Below, piece by piece: positions 45,801-55,071 of a stretch of DNA of 64,000 nt. This stretch comes from Bacteroidales bacterium (GTDB taxonomy: Bacteria; Bacteroidota; Bacteroidia; Bacteroidales; UBA1402). Every line of letters starts with the position of its first letter. The first letter of the stretch is position 1. The translations under genes were made by a program, and so were the position numbers. Below the pieces are notes generated by a model. The model made no database searches. It saw only the letters and a program-made list of their open reading frames with translations, and was not told where the DNA came from. The stretch lies in assembly GCA_028694375.1 (NCBI GenBank), contig JAQUTN010000001.1, forward strand, positions 409-64,408. Direction: 5' to 3'.

Positions 45801-47105
45801 ATGACCGCTATGAAAAAGAAAACGATCCTGATGACCTTTTTGTTTTTTTGTTTTTTTGTTCATTCCCGTGCTGAAGAAATAATTAAGTCGGGGTTTAACC
45901 TGGGAGCGTTGCCGGCCGTATCATACAATTCAGATTTGGGTTTTCAGTATGGAGTCATACTGAATTTGTTTCATTACGGAGACGGTTCGCGTTATCCCGC
46001 ATTTGATCATTCCATGTATCTGGAAGTGTCGCGTTATACCAAAGGTACAGGTGTATATCGGCTCTATTACGATTCGGACCGGCTGATAAAAGGGGTGCGC
46101 AGTTTTATTGACTTGTCGTACATGACCAATTTGATGCAGGATTTCTATGGTTTTAACGGATTTCGCTCGGTGTACAGTGTCGATTCTGTGGCAGCCAATT
46201 CGGCTTTTTATAAAATGGATCAGAATAAATTCCATTTGATGGCCGATTTTCAGGGAGATTTCCCGGTGGCTAATTTAAAGTGGCTCTTAGGATATGGCTT
46301 ATATAATTACAGCATCGGCACAGTGAACCGCGAGAAACTCAACAAGGGTAAACCGGTCGAAGAACAGATCCCCGACAGGCCCGGCCTGTACCAGAAATAC
46401 GTGGAATGGGGCCTGATCAGTCCCGATGAGCAGAACGGAGGTATGCTAAATCTTATCAAGGCCGGTTTTATGTACGACAGCCGTAATGCCAAAACCAATC
46501 CGAGTAAAGGGATTTTTACGGAAGCTTTGCTCGAAGTAGCACCTCCCTTGCTGAACGAAAGCCCTTATGTCAATTACATCGTGATGCATCGTCAATATCA
46601 GTCCCTGATCGAAAACCGACTGAATGCCGTATTGCGTATTGGTGTACAGGGCAAGATCGGCAACAAGGCAGCTCCCTTTTACCGCAAACCTCAATTGATC
46701 TCTACTTTTGCCACCCGGACAGTCACCACCGGTTTAGGCGGTAACTCAACTCTGCGTGGCATTTTGCAAAACAGGGTGGTGGGCGATGCTTTTGCGATGG
46801 CTAACGTAGAATTGCGCTGGAAAATGATAAATTTTCGCTGGTTCAACCAGAACTTTTACATCGGAACCAATTATTTTTGGGATGCCGGTTACATAATTGA
46901 CCCTGTTGATTGGGCTGATCCCTCGGTTTTGACGGCTAATCCTGTCTATTTTGCAGATAAAGACGGTTTACATCACTCAGCCGGCCTGGGCCTCAAAATT
47001 GCCATGAACGAGAATTTTGTACTTTCGGCCGATTTTGGCAAAGCATTCAACAAACAAGACGGAGCAGGACTTGGAACCTATATAGGTTTGAATTATCTGT
47101 TCTAA
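45801..47105 (+). CDS. Omp85/BamA-like outer-membrane beta-barrel protein (no POTRA region)
   Basis: 434 aa with a signal peptide (alternative start Met4 at 45810). Barrel motifs include LRG(I) and NVELRW, ending with a C-terminal ...YIGLNYLF. Confidence 0.75.
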   Translation: MTAMKKKTILMTFLFFCFFVHSRAEEIIKSGFNLGALPAVSYNSDLGFQYGVILNLFHYGDGSRYPAFDHSMYLEVSRYTKGTGVYRLYYDSDRLIKGVRSFIDLSYMTNLMQDFYGFNGFRSVYSVDSVAANSAFYKMDQNKFHLMADFQGDFPVANLKWLLGYGLYNYSIGTVNREKLNKGKPVEEQIPDRPGLYQKYVEWGLISPDEQNGGMLNLIKAGFMYDSRNAKTNPSKGIFTEALLEVAPPLLNESPYVNYIVMHRQYQSLIENRLNAVLRIGVQGKIGNKAAPFYRKPQLISTFATRTVTTGLGGNSTLRGILQNRVVGDAFAMANVELRWKMINFRWFNQNFYIGTNYFWDAGYIIDPVDWADPSVLTANPVYFADKDGLHHSAGLGLKIAMNENFVLSADFGKAFNKQDGAGLGTYIGLNYLF

Positions 47106-47122
47106 TTACATAACCTTATAAG

Positions 47123-47764
47123 ATGAAAAAATTGGAAAAACAAATTGCAGAGAAGTTATTGAAGATTAAGGCTGTCAAACTGCAGCCTTCCAACCCTTTT
47201 ACCTGGGCCATGGGTTGGAAGTCACCCATCTATTGTGACAATCGCAAAACCCTCTCATATCCTCAACTCAGGAATTTTATAAAAATTGAATTAGCTCGTA
47301 TCATTCGTGAAAAATACGAACAGGTGGATGCCATTGCAGGAGTGGCTACCGGAGCCATAGCGCAGGGGGCAATGGTGGCCGAGGAGCTGGGTCTGCCTTT
47401 CGTTTATGTTCGTTCTTCGCCCAAGGATCACGGGCTGGAGAACATCATCGAAGGCGATCTGAAGCCGGGTATGAAGGTGGTCGTTATCGAGGATCTGATC
47501 TCCACCGGAGGCAGTAGTCTCAAAGCGGTAGAAGCCATACGCAAGGACGGCAGCGAAGTAATAGGAATGCTGGCCATTTTTACGTATGGATTTGATGTGG
47601 CAGTAGAGCGTTTCAAGCAAGCTAAAGTGGAATTAACTACTTTGTGCAATTACGACACCATTTTAGAGACAGCTCTGGAAACGAATTATATTACCGATGC
47701 CGAAGTAAGGACTCTGCAAATCTGGCGCAAAGATCCTGCCAATTGGCAACCAAGGATACAATAA
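47123..47764 (+). CDS. pyrE: Orotate phosphoribosyltransferase
   Basis: 213 aa with the PRPP-binding motif VVVIEDLISTGGSS. Confidence 0.96.
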   Translation: MKKLEKQIAEKLLKIKAVKLQPSNPFTWAMGWKSPIYCDNRKTLSYPQLRNFIKIELARIIREKYEQVDAIAGVATGAIAQGAMVAEELGLPFVYVRSSPKDHGLENIIEGDLKPGMKVVVIEDLISTGGSSLKAVEAIRKDGSEVIGMLAIFTYGFDVAVERFKQAKVELTTLCNYDTILETALETNYITDAEVRTLQIWRKDPANWQPRIQ

Positions 47765-47772
47765 ACAGACCG

Positions 47773-48198
47773 ATGACTGAATTTAAAACACAGACCGGCA
47801 GAATTGCAGCTCCTGCATGTAGGGTTTTTGAGGTTCTTTCCGATTGGAATCAACTCGGAAAGATCAAAAAAAAGATCTCCGAGAGCCAATTGCGAGGCTT
47901 TGAATTTGATGCCGATTCCTGCCGTTTTGTGGTAGACAGTTACGGAGTGGGCGAAATCGTTGTGCGTATCTCGGAACGAATTCCCTGTGGCGTGATCAAA
48001 ATAAAGCCTGAGAAATCACCTATTGATTTTAACGCGCTTGTCAGCATTGAAGAGGAGAATTCCGAGGCTTGTTTGTTGACAATAAGCCTGGAAGCCGAAC
48101 TTCCTTTTATGTTGAAAAATATTTTGTCGCCGTCTATTCAAAAAGGCATGGACAGAATCCTCGACCTATTGACCGAATATTCATATCAAAAGCCATGA
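47773..48198 (+). CDS. SRPBCC-fold (START/polyketide-cyclase-like) protein
   Basis: About 141 aa from ATG 47773 (MTEFKTQTGRI...). The ORF-track start at 47644 overlaps pyrE and is rejected. The fold assignment rests on size and context recollection only. Confidence 0.6.
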   Translation: MTEFKTQTGRIAAPACRVFEVLSDWNQLGKIKKKISESQLRGFEFDADSCRFVVDSYGVGEIVVRISERIPCGVIKIKPEKSPIDFNALVSIEEENSEACLLTISLEAELPFMLKNILSPSIQKGMDRILDLLTEYSYQKP

Positions 48199-49529
48199 AA
48201 CTCTGGCAAAAAAACACCGAAGTAGATAAAGACATCGAACGTTTTACTACCGGGAAAGACCGCGAGATGGATCTTTACCTGGCAGGTTATGATGTATTGG
48301 GATCAATGGCCCATGTGCGAATGCTGGAACAAATCGGGTTGATTTTGCCGGAGGAACTTCCTTTGTTACAACAAGAACTTCGGGAAATCTACGAACAAGT
48401 CCAGGCCGGAGAGTTTATTATTGAACCGGATGTAGAGGATGTCCACTCTCAGGTAGAGCTTATGCTCACCCGCAAGCTGGGTGACCTGGGTAAAAAAATT
48501 CACAGCGGGCGTTCCAGAAACGACCAGGTCTTACTTGATCTCAGGCTTTTCACCCGCCACAAGCTGGAAGAACTCCTCGAAGCCGTGCATGCTTTGTTTG
48601 AGCTGCTCATAAAACTGAGCGAGCGTTATAAAAAGCTGATGATGCCAGGCTATACGCATTTGCAAATTGCCATGCCCTCTTCTTTCGGGCTCTGGTTTGG
48701 AGCCTACGCCGAATCTCTTGTGGATGACGTGCAGATGCTGCAGGCTGCTTTTAAAATTTGCAACCGCAATCCCCTGGGTTCGGCTGCCGGCTATGGTTCT
48801 TCTTTCCCTTTGAATAGAACATTGACCACCGAATTGTTAGGTTTTGAAGGCCTGAACTACAACGTGGTTTATGCCCAAATGGGCAGGGGAAAAATGGAAA
48901 AGACCACGGCTTACGCCCTGGCCTCGGTGGCCGGCACTATAGCCAAACTGGCTTACGACGCCTGTTTGTTCAACTCTCAGAATTTTGGTTTTATTACCTT
49001 ACCCTCGGAATTCACCACCGGTTCGAGCATCATGCCCCACAAAAAGAATCCCGATGTGTTTGAACTGACCAGAGCCAAATGCAACAGACTGCAACAAATG
49101 CCCGAAAATATCGCAGCCATCACTCAAAATCTACCTTCGGGCTATTTCAGGGATTATCAGCTGCTCAAGGAAATCTTTCTACCCGCCTTTGATGAACTTC
49201 TGGATTGCATCAAGATGACTGCAGCCAGCCTGGAGCGGGTTAGGGTCAATGAGCACATACTTGATGACCCCCGCTATGAATACATTTTTAGTGTGGAAGA
49301 AGTCAACAAGAGGGTTCTGGCCGGCACCCCCTTCAGGGAAGCTTACCGACAGGTAGGAATGGAAATTGAAGCCGGGCGTTTCAGAGCGGACAAGAACATT
49401 AAGCACAGCCACGAGGGAAGCATCGGTAATTTGTGTAATGACAAAATTACAGCCCGTATGGAGGATTTGCTAAGTTCTTTCCCTTTTGAACATATACACA
49501 AAGCCTTGGAAAGTTTGTTAGATAGTTAG
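48195..49529 (+). CDS. argH: Argininosuccinate lyase
   Basis: Starts MKLWQKNTEV... at 48195, forming an ATGA overlap with the upstream stop. It carries the fumarate-lyase signature GSSIMPHKKNPDVFE and the motif GYTHLQIAMP. Confidence 0.96.
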   Translation: MKLWQKNTEVDKDIERFTTGKDREMDLYLAGYDVLGSMAHVRMLEQIGLILPEELPLLQQELREIYEQVQAGEFIIEPDVEDVHSQVELMLTRKLGDLGKKIHSGRSRNDQVLLDLRLFTRHKLEELLEAVHALFELLIKLSERYKKLMMPGYTHLQIAMPSSFGLWFGAYAESLVDDVQMLQAAFKICNRNPLGSAAGYGSSFPLNRTLTTELLGFEGLNYNVVYAQMGRGKMEKTTAYALASVAGTIAKLAYDACLFNSQNFGFITLPSEFTTGSSIMPHKKNPDVFELTRAKCNRLQQMPENIAAITQNLPSGYFRDYQLLKEIFLPAFDELLDCIKMTAASLERVRVNEHILDDPRYEYIFSVEEVNKRVLAGTPFREAYRQVGMEIEAGRFRADKNIKHSHEGSIGNLCNDKITARMEDLLSSFPFEHIHKALESLLDS

Positions 49530-49756
49530 ATTATAGATTTATACATTACCGGTCTGCTCCCGGAAATAAACATCTTGCTTTTATTAGCGGGATGTTTTTT
49601 TTGTGTCAATTTGACAGTTTTTTGCTTATGGCAAATTCTTTGCGGAGAGGAAGTTGAAACTAAGAAAGCCGAAGCCCTGGTACGTTGTAACAATAAACCT
49701 GAAAACCGAAGAAGGCAGAAGTTTTCTTAAAGAATCCGAGAAGAAAGAATAATCGT

Positions 49757-52360
49757 ATGAATCTAAATCAATTTACTATTAAATCACAGGAAGCCGTTCA
49801 AAAAGCGGCTCAAAAAACCGCGGCTCTGGGTCAGCAAAGCATTGAAACCTCGCATTTGTTTATGGCTTTGTGGGAGTCGGGCGAACAATTGCTTAGTTTT
49901 CTGTTCAACAAATGCGGTGTACAAATCCAGCCTGTATTGCAGGCAACAGAGCGTCAGATGTCGTCTTACCCCAAAGTAAGCGGAGCGGAGAGCTATCTCT
50001 CCAAAGAGGCAGCTGCCGTATTGCAAAAAGCCGGGGTTTTTGCGGCTGAATTTAAGGATCAGTTTGTATCTCTGGAGCATATTTTGCTGGCTTTGCTCAG
50101 CGAAAAAAGCCCGGTTTCCACCATACTCAAAGATGCCGGTTTAAGTCTTAAGGAGCTAAAATTGGCTATACAAGAATTGCGCAAGGGCAAATCGGCTGAT
50201 ACCGAAAACGCCGAAGAAGTATATGATGCCCTGAACAAATACGCCATACACCTGAACGAAATGGCCCGAAACGGTAAACTCGACCCGGTGATAGGCAGGG
50301 ATGAGGAGATACGCCGTGTATTGCAAATCTTGAGCCGGCGAACCAAAAATAACCCCATACTCATCGGTGAACCCGGAACAGGAAAGACTGCCATTGCCGA
50401 AGGCCTGGCCCATCGCATTGTGCGAGGAGATGTGCCTGAAAACCTTAAAAGTAAGCAGGTGTATTCCCTGGATATGGGAGCCCTTGTGGCCGGAGCCAAA
50501 TACAAGGGGGAATTTGAGGAACGACTCAAAGCCGTGGTTGGCGAAGTGATCAAAGCCGAAGGAGAAATAGTGCTTTTTATTGACGAGATTCATACCCTGG
50601 TAGGTGCCGGTAAGGGAGAGGGGGCCATGGACGCTGCCAATATCCTGAAACCCGCTCTGGCCAGGGGTGAGCTCCGGGCTATCGGAGCCACGACCTTGAA
50701 CGAGTATCAACAATTTTTCGAAAAAGACAAAGCCCTCGAAAGACGTTTTCAGCCGGTAATGGTGAATGAACCCGATATCGCTGATTCTGTCTCCATACTC
50801 AGGGGGCTCAAGGAACGTTACGAAAACCACCATAAAGTCAGGATCAAGGACGAAGCTGTACTAGCTGCCGTAGAATTGTCGTCGCGTTACATCAGCGATC
50901 GTTTTCTGCCCGATAAAGCCATCGACCTGATGGACGAAGCGGCAGCCCGTTTGCGATTGCAATCGGATTCGGTTCCCGAGGAGCTCGATGAAATATCGCG
51001 CCGAATCAAGCAATTGGAAATTGAACGCGAAGCCATCAAACGCGAAAAAGACGCCCCCAAGCTTAATCAGTTGGGCAAGGAGCTGGCCGATCTACGCGAC
51101 AAGGAAACAGCCATGAAGGCAGCCTGGCAAGCTGAGAAATCACGCATAGACCGCATTCAGGAGCTTAAAGCAGAAATCGAGAAGTTGCGTTTCGAAGCCG
51201 AAAAAGCCGAACGCGAAGGCGATTACGGAAAAGTGGCCGAAATTCGCTATGGCTCTGTACAGCAAGCCGAGGCTGCCATCAAAAAAGAAAGCGATGCACT
51301 CAAAACTTTGCAGCAAGGCGGACGGCTGGTCAAAGAAGAAGTCGATGCCGAAGACATTGCCGAAGTGGTTTCGCGCTGGACAGGTATCCCGGTGTACAAA
51401 ATGATGCAAAGCGAGCGCATGAAATTGCTGCGACTCGAAGAAGAATTACATCGCAGGGTAGTGGGGCAGGACGAGGCCATCACTGCCATAGCCGACGCTA
51501 TACGCCGGAGTAGGGCCGGACTACAAGATCCCAGACGCCCTATAGGTTCCTTTATATTTTTGGGCAGTACCGGGGTGGGCAAAACAGAATTAGCCAAAGC
51601 CCTGGCCGAATATCTGTTCAACGACGAAAATACGATGATCCGTATTGATATGTCGGAATACCAGGAAAAGTTTTCGGTCACCAGGCTCATTGGTTCTCCT
51701 CCCGGTTATGTGGGTTACGATCAGGGCGGCCAGTTGACAGAGGCTGTAAGGCACAAACCCTATTCGGTGGTCTTGTTTGACGAAATCGAAAAAGCCCATC
51801 CCGATGTATTCAACATCTTGTTGCAGGTGCTGGATGACGGCCGTTTGACCGACAACAAAGGCCGCAAGGTAAATTTTAAGAATACCATTGTAATCATGAC
51901 CTCCAACCTGGGTTCGGAGCTGATACGGGAACGTATGGATGAGATGAACGAAAGCAACCGGGAACAGTTGATGAACCAAACCCGCGAAGAAGTGTTAGAG
52001 CTTTTAAAACGAAGCCTGCGACCGGAGTTTCTGAACCGCATAGACGAAATCATTATGTTTAATTCTTTGAGTCGCTCGGAGATTATGGAGATTGTGCGTC
52101 TGCAACTTGAGCAACTCAAGGCTGTTTTGGCGGAGAGAGGCTTACATATGAAATACACCGACAGGCTGCCGGCTTACCTCGCTCAGAAAGGTTATCATCC
52201 GCAATTTGGCGCACGTCCGGTTAAAAGGTTGATTCAGAAAGAATTATTGAATTCATTATCCAAAGCCTTGTTGTCGGGCAGTATCCAGGAAGACGATCTG
52301 GTAGAAATTGACGAAAGTGGGGGCGAAATTCTTTTCCGCTCGATTAAAAGCCGCGATTAA
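49757..52360 (+). CDS. clpB: ATP-dependent chaperone ClpB
   Basis: 867 aa with two AAA+ modules (GEPGTGKT, GSTGVGKT), the middle coiled-coil domain and the Clp N-domain. Confidence 0.98.
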   Translation: MNLNQFTIKSQEAVQKAAQKTAALGQQSIETSHLFMALWESGEQLLSFLFNKCGVQIQPVLQATERQMSSYPKVSGAESYLSKEAAAVLQKAGVFAAEFKDQFVSLEHILLALLSEKSPVSTILKDAGLSLKELKLAIQELRKGKSADTENAEEVYDALNKYAIHLNEMARNGKLDPVIGRDEEIRRVLQILSRRTKNNPILIGEPGTGKTAIAEGLAHRIVRGDVPENLKSKQVYSLDMGALVAGAKYKGEFEERLKAVVGEVIKAEGEIVLFIDEIHTLVGAGKGEGAMDAANILKPALARGELRAIGATTLNEYQQFFEKDKALERRFQPVMVNEPDIADSVSILRGLKERYENHHKVRIKDEAVLAAVELSSRYISDRFLPDKAIDLMDEAAARLRLQSDSVPEELDEISRRIKQLEIEREAIKREKDAPKLNQLGKELADLRDKETAMKAAWQAEKSRIDRIQELKAEIEKLRFEAEKAEREGDYGKVAEIRYGSVQQAEAAIKKESDALKTLQQGGRLVKEEVDAEDIAEVVSRWTGIPVYKMMQSERMKLLRLEEELHRRVVGQDEAITAIADAIRRSRAGLQDPRRPIGSFIFLGSTGVGKTELAKALAEYLFNDENTMIRIDMSEYQEKFSVTRLIGSPPGYVGYDQGGQLTEAVRHKPYSVVLFDEIEKAHPDVFNILLQVLDDGRLTDNKGRKVNFKNTIVIMTSNLGSELIRERMDEMNESNREQLMNQTREEVLELLKRSLRPEFLNRIDEIIMFNSLSRSEIMEIVRLQLEQLKAVLAERGLHMKYTDRLPAYLAQKGYHPQFGARPVKRLIQKELLNSLSKALLSGSIQEDDLVEIDESGGEILFRSIKSRD

Positions 52361-52567
52361 GACCTTACGACCGGATTTGCCGGAATACAAGCCAAGATCA
52401 GCAGACTTTTAGACAAGAATTATTACCTTACGACGGGAAGTTCCGAAAAGCCAATCCTGACTTTTGAATAGGCAAGAAACAAAGTATATCATAGAGAAAT
52501 TGCCCGGAAAGCCTGCAATCTTTAAATTTTTAATTAGTTTTGCATACTAACAAAAAACACCAATAAT

Positions 52568-53428
52568 ATGCTGATAAAACGAATTGTATTAAGTTTAATG
52601 CTCCTGAATATCTCAGGTTTGCTATTAGCCCAGAGTGATGTGAGCCTGTTTTGGAGAAAAGACTCCCTGCAACAAACAGAAATTTTCTCTGCCGAAGGTG
52701 ATTTGTATCGCTTAGTGGGTCATCACGGACCGGCTATTGAAAACAAATATATGGGTTTACGATTGTATTTCAATCACAGCGGAGCCATTGATGTGTATTC
52801 CAAACAACAACATCGCCTGGAACTGGAACAGGCTCATTGGTATCCCACTGACAAAATGCAGCAGGAACAAGGTTTTGGTTGCGATGAATATAAAGTGGGT
52901 TCCACCGTTGGCTTGGGAGGGATTAATCTTTGGGATGGAGAACAAGTTCTCAAGCTGACAGCTACTCAGGGGCGGACGGCCAGAGTCTCCACAAACAAAA
53001 AAGGCGCCAGTATGGAAATGCAGGCCAAAGGCATAGCCTACAAAGGCGAAATGGTGGATATTATGATACGGGTGAGTGTCAATAATAAAGACCGGGAGGC
53101 TAAGGTTGAAGCTATTTGTACTTCGGGACATAAAGTGCAATTTCTTACCGGCGTTAACCGCCACCCGGGCAACAGCGTCATCAATCAGGATGGCCGGATT
53201 GGCGTTTGGGGCAGGCATCCGGCGGATGTTTCCAAAGCGCCCATTTTAATTGGTGGCGGCATGAAATACAAGCCCTCCGGTTTTGCCATTAAACGAGTGA
53301 CTGAGGATGCAGTTCAGCTCATTTCCAAACCGGCCAGAAAGCTGAAAACGATTATAGTTTCTGCGGGAGAGCGGGAAAAGGAACTCAATACCGAGCAGGC
53401 CTTTTTTGATTATATCAAGACTTTCTGA
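52568..53428 (+). CDS. Secreted protein of unknown function (DUF4861-like by recollection)
   Basis: 286 aa with a signal peptide. The segment HHGPAIENKYMGLRLYFNHSGAIDVYSK resembles the DUF4861 family found in pectin/uronate loci. The assignment is tentative. Confidence 0.55.
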   Translation: MLIKRIVLSLMLLNISGLLLAQSDVSLFWRKDSLQQTEIFSAEGDLYRLVGHHGPAIENKYMGLRLYFNHSGAIDVYSKQQHRLELEQAHWYPTDKMQQEQGFGCDEYKVGSTVGLGGINLWDGEQVLKLTATQGRTARVSTNKKGASMEMQAKGIAYKGEMVDIMIRVSVNNKDREAKVEAICTSGHKVQFLTGVNRHPGNSVINQDGRIGVWGRHPADVSKAPILIGGGMKYKPSGFAIKRVTEDAVQLISKPARKLKTIIVSAGEREKELNTEQAFFDYIKTF

Positions 53429-53483
53429 CCTAAGCTTTTGAATTTGTCCGGCTGTCCCGGCAAACAGGCCAATTACTACAATA

Positions 53484-53520
53484 CAGCAAGCCCGGCAATA
53501 TTGCATTGCCGGGCTTGCTG
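53484..53520. terminator. Perfect 16-bp GC-rich palindrome between convergent genes (bidirectional terminator candidate)
   Basis: cagcaagcccggcaat-attgc-attgccgggcttgctg. There is no flanking T-tract. Confidence 0.6.
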
Positions 53521-53546
53521 TAGTACTAGATTAATTCCGAAGAATT

Positions 53547-53801
53547 TTATTTCTTATTGCGATTGCCGTAGCGGTTCAGGAATTTATCCACACGACCGGC
53601 GGTGTCAACCAATTTGGATTTGCCGGTATAAAAAGGGTGTGAAGTGGAAGAAATTTCCAATTTGATCAAAGGCAGGGTTTCACCGTCCAATTCAATTGTT
53701 TCTTTGGTTTGAATGGTGGAACGTGAAATAAAGGTGTCACCATTGGACATATCTTTGAAAACAACAGGACGGTAATTCGTCGGGTGCAAATTTTCTTTCA
53801 T
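53547..53801 (-). CDS. rpmE2: 50S ribosomal protein L31, type B
   Basis: 84 aa, [17 protein letters not shown]...HPFYTGK. It lacks the CxxC zinc motif, consistent with type B. Confidence 0.95.
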   Translation of the reverse strand: MKENLHPTNYRPVVFKDMSNGDTFISRSTIQTKETIELDGETLPLIKLEISSTSHPFYTGKSKLVDTAGRVDKFLNRYGNRNKK

Positions 53802-53946
53802 TGCTCAAAATATTTTGGCTGAATGTGTCAGCCGGGTTATAAGATTATACAAATTGGTAAGATCTGTAATGGCCTGCAAAAGTAGATATTTTTACTGAAA
53901 CCAAAAAAAATATCAGGCTTTTTTTCTCATTAAGCGTAAAATAGCG

Positions 53947-53954
53947 TAATTTTG
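53947..53954 (+). promoter_or_regulatory. Candidate -7 promoter box for fbaA
   Basis: taattttg (TAnnTTTG) lies 41 nt upstream of the ATG at 53995. Confidence 0.45.
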
Positions 53955-53994
53955 TGAGCTTATAAATAAATGGAATCCTTTAAATACAGATATT

Positions 53995-54990
53995 ATGGTT
54001 AGTTACAAAGAATTAGGTCTTGTCAACTCGAGAGAGATGTTCAAGAAGGCTGTTGATGGTCAGTACGCCATTGCTGCGTTCAATTTCAACAATATGGAAC
54101 AAATGCAGGCCATTATTCAGGCTGCTGTCGAAACCCGTTCCCCTGTGATTCTGCAGGTATCCAGCGGTGCTCGTAAATACGCCAATCAAACCTTGTTGCG
54201 TTATATGGCTCAGGGAGCTGTAGAATATGCAAAAGAACTTGGCCTGGAGCAGCCTCAGATTGTGCTTCATCTGGATCACGGCGATACTTTTGAATTATGT
54301 AAGTCTTGTGTTGACATGGGCTTTTCTTCAGTTATGATTGATGGCTCTCACCATTCGTACGAAGACAATATTGCCCTGACCAAGAAAGTGGTAGAATATG
54401 CTCATAAACACGATGTTACTGTCGAAGGAGAATTAGGCGTTCTGGCCGGAGTCGAAGACGAAGTTTCATCGGCTGTTAGTCATTATACCCGCCCCGAAGA
54501 AGTAATTGATTTTGTTACCAGAACCGGTGTCGACTCTTTGGCTATTTCTATTGGTACTTCGCACGGAGCCAATAAGTTCACTCCCGAACAATGCACCCGC
54601 GATGCCAATGGTGTTTTGATTCCGCCTCCCTTGCGTTTTGATATTCTCGAAGAAATAGAAAAGCAAATACCTGGCTTCCCCATTGTATTGCACGGTTCTT
54701 CTTCTGTTCCTCAGGATCTGGTAGCCGTCATTAATAAATACGGCGGCGCCATGAAAGATTCCATAGGAATTCCCGAAGATCAATTACGTAAAGCTACAAA
54801 ATCGGCAGTTTGCAAGATCAACATCGACTCCGATGGCCGTATTGCTATGACAGCAGCCGTTCGTGAAGTGTTGGCTACTAAACCCGCCGAATTTGATCCT
54901 CGTAAGTATCTGGGTCCTGCCCGCGATTCTCTCAAAGAATTGTACAAACACAAATTGATAAATGTACTGGGCTCAGCCAATAAAATTTGA
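53995..54990 (+). CDS. fbaA: Class II fructose-1,6-bisphosphate aldolase
   Basis: 331 aa with LHLDHG, SVMIDGSH, GTSHGANKF and VLHGSSSVP motifs. Confidence 0.95.
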   Translation: MVSYKELGLVNSREMFKKAVDGQYAIAAFNFNNMEQMQAIIQAAVETRSPVILQVSSGARKYANQTLLRYMAQGAVEYAKELGLEQPQIVLHLDHGDTFELCKSCVDMGFSSVMIDGSHHSYEDNIALTKKVVEYAHKHDVTVEGELGVLAGVEDEVSSAVSHYTRPEEVIDFVTRTGVDSLAISIGTSHGANKFTPEQCTRDANGVLIPPPLRFDILEEIEKQIPGFPIVLHGSSSVPQDLVAVINKYGGAMKDSIGIPEDQLRKATKSAVCKINIDSDGRIAMTAAVREVLATKPAEFDPRKYLGPARDSLKELYKHKLINVLGSANKI

Positions 54991-55030
54991 TTAAGTAGAA
55001 TCCTCGGCTGACTTAGATTAGCAATAATAA

Positions 55031-55070
55031 AAAAAGCGGGCGTCTCCTCATTTAGAGATGCCCGTTTTTT
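55031..55070. terminator. Bidirectional intrinsic terminator between fbaA and the convergent gene
   Basis: An A-tract is followed by the stem gcgggcgtctc/gagatgcccg(t) and a T6 tract. The minus-strand gene stop lies 2 nt away. Confidence 0.7.
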
Positions 55071-55071
55071 A

